A stretch of DNA of 64,000 nucleotides, from the NCBI GenBank assembly GCA_038882955.1, contig JAVZNC010000001.1, positions 128,001 to 192,000 of the forward strand, in the 5' to 3' direction. Under the pieces are notes generated by a model. That model saw only the letters and a program-made list of their open reading frames with translations, was not told the origin of the DNA and did not search any database. The position numbers and the translations under genes were made by a program. The stretch comes from Candidatus Bathyarchaeia archaeon. Lineage in GTDB: Archaea > Thermoproteota > Bathyarchaeia > Bathyarchaeales > Bathycorpusculaceae. How positions within the stretch are numbered: position 1 is the first letter of the stretch; the number at the start of each line of letters is the position of its first letter. Of this stretch, positions 58,948 to 64,000 are shown piece after piece.

Positions 58948-60138
58948 TTGTCTATCGGAAAAATTCAAAAAGCGGCTGTTATCGGTTCTGGGGCGATGGG
59001 ACATGGAATTACACAGCTTTTAGCCATGACTGGACACACGGTTACAATGGTTGACGTAAGCGATGATTTTCTCCAAAAGGGGATGGAAAAAATCAGGTGG
59101 AGTCTAGAAAAATTTGTTGAAAAGAAAAGAGTTAGACGGGAAGATGCTGACGCTGCGCTGGCAAGGATAAGCACAACAACAAGTTACGAGCAAGCCGCGG
59201 GGGATATAGACCTAGCAATAGAGGCGGTTCCAGAAAACATTGACTTAAAAAAGAAAGTTTTCGCAACGCTGGACTCCATAGCGCCACCGCATGCAATTTT
59301 GGCATCAAATACATCAACGCTGAGCATAACGGAGATGGGAAGGGCCACAAAACGTCCAGACAAAGTTGCTGGAATGCACTTCTTCAACCCGCCGCAACTC
59401 ATGGCGCTGGTGGAAGTGATAAAAGGCGAAGAAACAAGCCAAGAGACGCTAAACACGCTTATAGAACTCGCCAAAAAACTTGGAAAAACACCAGTAACAG
59501 TACGAAAAGACGTTAGAGGCTTCATAGTAAACAGAATTTTAGGCGCAGTCTTTAATGAGGCGTTCTGGGCTTATCACAGAGGCGAAACAACAAAGGAGGG
59601 AATAGACGCTTCGGTGAAATATACGGGCGGTTTTCCAATGGGATGGTTCGAACTCGCAGACTTCGTCGGGCTAGACATAGCCTACGAAGTAGGAAAAATA
59701 TTGTACGAGGCTTATGGCGAAAGAATGAAGCCATGCATAGAAGTAATAGAACCACTAATAAAGGAACGCAAATTCGGACAAAAGACAGGCGTAGGCTTCT
59801 ATGACTGGACGAAAGGGAGACCACGCATACCATTCAACCTACTCGAAGAATACGACGTCGAAAGGTCATGGGCAGTAGCAGCAAACGAAGCAGCATGGCT
59901 AGTCCACGACGACGCAGCAAACCCAGAAGACATAGACACTGGAATGAAACTTGGCACATATTGGCCTTCAGGACCATGCGAATACGCTGACAGAGTCGGC
60001 TTAGACGTTATAGTTGGCAAGTTGAAGGAGTTACACGCAAAATATAACATGGAAATGTATAAGCCATGTCCACTCCTAGAAGATTACGTTAGCAAAGGTT
60101 GGACGGGTAAAAAGGCTGGAAGGGGGTTCTACCATTGA
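58948..60138 (+). CDS. 3-hydroxyacyl-CoA dehydrogenase (duplicated C-terminal domain)
   Basis: GSGAMGHGI, EAVPE, SNTS, GMHFFNP, GFIVNR, two D-x-VGLD..G-x-K-x-G-x-GFY repeats. Confidence 0.93.
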   Translation: MSIGKIQKAAVIGSGAMGHGITQLLAMTGHTVTMVDVSDDFLQKGMEKIRWSLEKFVEKKRVRREDADAALARISTTTSYEQAAGDIDLAIEAVPENIDLKKKVFATLDSIAPPHAILASNTSTLSITEMGRATKRPDKVAGMHFFNPPQLMALVEVIKGEETSQETLNTLIELAKKLGKTPVTVRKDVRGFIVNRILGAVFNEAFWAYHRGETTKEGIDASVKYTGGFPMGWFELADFVGLDIAYEVGKILYEAYGERMKPCIEVIEPLIKERKFGQKTGVGFYDWTKGRPRIPFNLLEEYDVERSWAVAANEAAWLVHDDAANPEDIDTGMKLGTYWPSGPCEYADRVGLDVIVGKLKELHAKYNMEMYKPCPLLEDYVSKGWTGKKAGRGFYH

Positions 60139-61289
60139 AGTTTGAGCTGACAGAAGAACAAATTGGAATTGTGAACGCGGTTAGGGAGTTCTGCCAAAAA
60201 GAGTTCAAACCAGAAATAGCCCTAGAACTCGACAGAAAAGAAGAGTATCCAATGGAAATATACAAGAAAGCAGCACAGCTAGGATTCACAAGCATGTTCT
60301 TCCCACAAGAGTACGGCGGACAGGGCTATGGGTTGCTTGAAACATGCCTCGTCATCGAAGAAATGTGCAGGGCAGACTCGTCGCTTGGCGTAGCAGTTTC
60401 AAGCGGAAACTTTGGAAGCGAGCTAATACTCGCGTATGGAACAAAGGAGCAGAAGGAAAAATATTTGCCGCCAATTTGCAAGGGCGATTTTACATCAGCA
60501 GCAGCGTTCACAGAGCCGAACGTCAGCGGAAGCGACATAACGCGTATGGAAACGACAGCTACAAAATATGGAAACGAATGGTGGATAAACGGAACAAAAA
60601 CCTTCATAACAAACGCAACAATCGCCAACTTCATAGTCGTACTAACACAAACAGACACCAAAGTGAGACCAACATACAGAGGCGAAACGCTTTTCGTGGT
60701 GGACAAAGGCACGCCGGGACTAGAAACAACAAAGCTTCACGACAAGATGGGAATCAGATGCTCCGTCACAGGCGAAGTAAAATTTGACAACGTGAAAGTG
60801 ACAGACGCAAACATAGTAGGCGAACTGAATAGGGGATTCTACTACTCAATGGAGTTCTTCGACAAAACAAGAGTTGGCGTAGCAGCCCAAGCAGTTGGAA
60901 TGGCACAAGGCGCATGGGAAATAGCATTCAAATATGCAAAACAAAGGGAAGCCTTCGGACAGCCAATACTACAGCATGAGCTGATAGGATGCGGGCTAGC
61001 AGAAGCCATGACAAAAATCGAGGCGGCAAGATGGCTAACGTATAGGGCAGCATGGCTCATAGACGCTGGAAAAATGGACCCGATGGCAACAGCCATGGCG
61101 AAACAATACGCAAGCCGCGTGGCAATGGAAGTCACAGACTTTGCAATACAAACACTTGGCGGATACGGCTACTTAGGCGATTACCGCGTTGAACGTTATC
61201 ACCGAGACGCGAAAATAACCGAAATCTACGAGGGGACAAGCGAAATTCAGAAACTCACGGTGTTAAAGTATCTGCTGCGGAAGTTCTAG
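60135..61289 (+). CDS. Acyl-CoA dehydrogenase (copy 2)
   Basis: FTEP..GSD, NGTKTFITN, REAFGQPI, QTLGGYGY, IYEGT. Confidence 0.94.
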   Translation: MKFELTEEQIGIVNAVREFCQKEFKPEIALELDRKEEYPMEIYKKAAQLGFTSMFFPQEYGGQGYGLLETCLVIEEMCRADSSLGVAVSSGNFGSELILAYGTKEQKEKYLPPICKGDFTSAAAFTEPNVSGSDITRMETTATKYGNEWWINGTKTFITNATIANFIVVLTQTDTKVRPTYRGETLFVVDKGTPGLETTKLHDKMGIRCSVTGEVKFDNVKVTDANIVGELNRGFYYSMEFFDKTRVGVAAQAVGMAQGAWEIAFKYAKQREAFGQPILQHELIGCGLAEAMTKIEAARWLTYRAAWLIDAGKMDPMATAMAKQYASRVAMEVTDFAIQTLGGYGYLGDYRVERYHRDAKITEIYEGTSEIQKLTVLKYLLRKF

Positions 61290-61328
61290 AACTATGAAAA
61301 ATGATAATAATTATGCGCAACAAAATGT

Positions 61329-62132
61329 GTGCGTGGTGAAAATATGAGTAAAGCGTATGAAACGATAAAAGTGGAAAGAGAACAAAGCGTGTTGTGGATA
61401 ATACTGAACAGGGCGCATAGGCTTAACGCCTTCAACGACGTTATGCTTGAAGAACTTGGCGACGTATTAGATACTGCAGAAAAAGACCCATCAGTCAAGT
61501 GCATAGTAATAACCGGTGAGGGCGACAGGGCTTTCAGCGCGGGCGCAGATGTTACAATGTTTCCTAAGGCAACGCCAGCGAAAGCCGAAGAATTCTCAAG
61601 ATTTGGACAGAAAATCTTCGGAAAAATAGAGGAAATGTCAAAGCCAGTAATCGCGGCGATAAACGGCTTCGCCCTAGGCGGAGGACTAGAACTGGCATTA
61701 GCATGCGACTTCAGAGTGGCAGCAGAACATGCAGAACTCGGAAGCCCAGAAATAGCCCTGGGTTTAATTCCAGGATGGGGCGGAACACAGCGGCTTGTTA
61801 GAATCGTTGGTTTAGCCAAAGCCAAAGAAATGGTTATGCTTGGCGTGCGCGTCAAGGCAGAAGAAGCCCTAAAAATAGGTTTAGTCCACAAGGTTGTGCA
61901 CTTTGACAAGTTACGGGACGAGGTTAGAGCCTTAGCGAACACGCTTGCGGAAGGACCGCCAATAGCGATGAAATATGCGAAACACGCCTTAAACTTTGGG
62001 ACACAAGTGCCGTTGGAGGTTGGCTTGCGCCTAGAATCTGGACTTATGGGCTTGGCGTTCTCAACTGAAGACTTAAAAGAAGGCGTGGAAGCGTTCATGT
62101 CGAGACGCAAGGCTGAATTCAAAGGCAAATAA
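61329..62132 (+). CDS. Enoyl-CoA hydratase (crotonase)
   Basis: AFSAGAD, NGFALGGGLELALACD, PE-x-x-LGLIPGWGGTQRL; start may be ATG at 61344. Confidence 0.94.
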   Translation: MRGENMSKAYETIKVEREQSVLWIILNRAHRLNAFNDVMLEELGDVLDTAEKDPSVKCIVITGEGDRAFSAGADVTMFPKATPAKAEEFSRFGQKIFGKIEEMSKPVIAAINGFALGGGLELALACDFRVAAEHAELGSPEIALGLIPGWGGTQRLVRIVGLAKAKEMVMLGVRVKAEEALKIGLVHKVVHFDKLRDEVRALANTLAEGPPIAMKYAKHALNFGTQVPLEVGLRLESGLMGLAFSTEDLKEGVEAFMSRRKAEFKGK

Positions 62133-62206
62133 AGCGGACAGCTAATCTCTTTTCCCATCTTTTTTCACACATCAAAATTCGCTTCAAAATTGAGTGTGGT
62201 GTCAAA

Positions 62207-63379
62207 ATGAGAAAAGTCGCAATTATAGGTGTTGGAAACTCAAAATTTGGAGTTAGAAACGACGTGAATATTGCTGAACTAGCATTTGAAGCAGTTAAGC
62301 CATCACTTGAAGATGCGGAAATAACCGCCAAAGACGTAAAGTTTGTAGCCCTAGGCTCTGTCGGCGCCGGCGCATGGTATGAAGAGCTTCTTCCAGCAGT
62401 TGTCACAGCGGAATATTGCGGTTTAACAAAAGCTGGTTTGGTTCGCTGTGAAGCAGCATGCGCAAGTGGCAGCGCCGCTTTTTTCACGGCTTATTCGGCT
62501 GTTGCCAGCGGTCAAGTGGAAATAGCCATGGCTTTGGGTGTTGAGAAAATGCGTGAAATTGATACGCCTACAGCCATGGAGTGGATTGGAAGGGCTGGCT
62601 ACTACCTTTGGGAGTTCCACAATTTCGGAATGACTTTTCCCGCATATTATGCGTTACATGCCACGGCGCACATGGCAAAGTTCGGAACAACAGAAGAAGA
62701 CCTGGCTTTAGTCGCCGTCAAAAACCACAAGTACGCTTCCATGAACCCTCTTGCGCACCTGCGAAACCAAATAACAGTTGACGACGTGTTATCGTCAATG
62801 GTTATCGCTTCGCCGCTTAAACTATTTGACTGTTGCCCAATGACGGATGGCGCTGCAGCGATAATTCTCGCCTCAGAAGAAAAGGTTAGGCAATTAGGCG
62901 TTGATACGCCAGTTTGGGTTGCTGGAATAGGCTATTCTTCTGGCACAGCAAACCTAAGCAGAAGGCTAGACTATGTGGGTTTAGAGGCAAGTGTTTACGC
63001 TGCGCAGATGGCATACAAGATTGCTGAGGTAACGCCAAACCAAATTGACTTCGCAGTGGTTCATGACTGTTTCACAATAGCCGAATTAATGGCTTACGAA
63101 GACCTTGGGTTCTGTAGCAAGGGCGAAGGAGCAAAACTAATACGCGAAGGACAAACGGAAATAGGCGGAAAAATCCCGGTAAACGTGGACGGAGGCTTAA
63201 AGGCGAAGGGACACCCAATAGGCACGACGGGATGCTCAATGATATACGAAGTTACGAAACAGCTCAGGGAAGAAGCCGTTGAAAAAAGTAGGCAAGTGCC
63301 ACTGAAAAACTACGTTGGACTGGCACATAACGTCGGCGGAACCGGACACTACTGTTATGTAACAATTTTGAGGAGGTAG
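62207..63379 (+). CDS. Archaeal (SCP-x-type) acetyl-CoA acyltransferase / thiolase
   Basis: EAACASG, DGAAA, HDCFT, GGLKAKGHPIG, HNVGG. Confidence 0.92.
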   Translation: MRKVAIIGVGNSKFGVRNDVNIAELAFEAVKPSLEDAEITAKDVKFVALGSVGAGAWYEELLPAVVTAEYCGLTKAGLVRCEAACASGSAAFFTAYSAVASGQVEIAMALGVEKMREIDTPTAMEWIGRAGYYLWEFHNFGMTFPAYYALHATAHMAKFGTTEEDLALVAVKNHKYASMNPLAHLRNQITVDDVLSSMVIASPLKLFDCCPMTDGAAAIILASEEKVRQLGVDTPVWVAGIGYSSGTANLSRRLDYVGLEASVYAAQMAYKIAEVTPNQIDFAVVHDCFTIAELMAYEDLGFCSKGEGAKLIREGQTEIGGKIPVNVDGGLKAKGHPIGTTGCSMIYEVTKQLREEAVEKSRQVPLKNYVGLAHNVGGTGHYCYVTILRR

Positions 63380-63383
63380 GTGC

Positions 63384-63812
63384 ATGTCAGCCATGCCATC
63401 AATAAAATCGAGGGAAATCAAAATTGTCCAAGAAATACCAATAGGCAAAACGCTGAAGTTCTGGGAAGGCTTGAAAGAAGGAAAAGTTTACGCATCAAGA
63501 TGCACAAAATGTGGAAAAATATATTTTCCACCAGTAGCGGACTGCCCAGAATGCCTAACATCAAACATGGAATGGACAGAACTAAGCAACGAGGCGGAAA
63601 TCGAAACTTTTACGCATGTTGTTGTTAGACCAACATCCTTCCAGCAGAACAAACCATACACTGTAGCTATTGGAAGACTCAAGGAAGGCGTTAAGGTGCT
63701 CGCTTGGCTTACGGGATTTAAGCTCTCACAAGTCAAAGTTGGCATGAAAGTTAAGCTTACGGCTAAAGTTACGCCAGAAGGAAACCTAACATACGAGTTT
63801 GTCCCACTGTAA
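63384..63812 (+). CDS. DUF35 Zn-ribbon/OB-fold thiolase partner
   Basis: FWEGL, CTKCG..FPP..CPEC, OB-fold tail; follows thiolase. Confidence 0.92.
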   Translation: MSAMPSIKSREIKIVQEIPIGKTLKFWEGLKEGKVYASRCTKCGKIYFPPVADCPECLTSNMEWTELSNEAEIETFTHVVVRPTSFQQNKPYTVAIGRLKEGVKVLAWLTGFKLSQVKVGMKVKLTAKVTPEGNLTYEFVPL

Positions 63813-63926
63813 TAAAAACGTGCACTTTTATCCATCGCATCTCACCACCCTCGCTTTTCAAACATGTTCGCTTATGGAAAGTGTTATTACAACCTTTAGT
63901 TGCATATTGGAAATGGTTGAAAAGGC

Positions 63927-64000
63927 ATGTCTCCGAGAAAGAAGAAGGAGAAAGAGAAAGAAGCCGAGAAGCCCTTGGAAAAGCCTTGGTTGAAGGTTTG
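63927..64000 (+). CDS. Partial gene, probably long-chain acyl-CoA synthetase N-terminus
   Basis: Hand translation MSPRKKKEKEKEAEKPLEKPWLKV.. runs off the window; KPWLK resembles FadD N-termini and fits beta-oxidation context. Confidence 0.45.
   Translation, partial: MSPRKKKEKEKEAEKPLEKPWLKV

Noticed and set aside
61292-62158. 288-aa minus-strand ORF
   Set aside because: Antisense shadow of the crotonase gene; no independent motif.
63799-63993. 64-aa ORF from the track
   Set aside because: A different frame starting at ATG 63927 gives a more plausible N-terminus that runs off the window.

Overview
Archaeal chromosomal window, most likely Bathyarchaeia (TACK). This is inferred from gene content: eL37, Sm-like protein, aCPSF1/FttA, proteasome beta, EgsA, SepF, Mre11/Rad50, plus Hdr/Mvh without any methanogenesis marker here. 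Bases 1-18 kb are housekeeping genes. From about 18 kb to the end is a dense anaerobic energy-metabolism region: a soluble fumarate reductase (SdhA + SdhB-CCG fusion), a tungsten AOR with an Fe-S partner, two paralogous MvhAG-HdrABC loci, a GltD-like flavoprotein, NfnAB, an ACD-GNAT fusion, TrxB, an HdrD-like protein, a third HdrA, EtfBA and a beta-oxidation gene set. The most unusual elements are: (i) a ribbon-helix-helix/GcvH fusion lacking the lipoyl lysine at the head of the first Hdr-Mvh locus, with candidate operator palindromes around it; (ii) an MvhD-wHTH fusion; (iii) three HdrA variants with different lost ligands; (iv) a tandem (ferredoxin-MvhD)x2 protein abutting nfnAB; (v) two tandem paralogous acidic CxxC micro-proteins in front of trxB, one missed by the ORF track. 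No tRNA, rRNA, CRISPR array or mobile element was recognised. All calls come from motif reading by eye; no database search was run.
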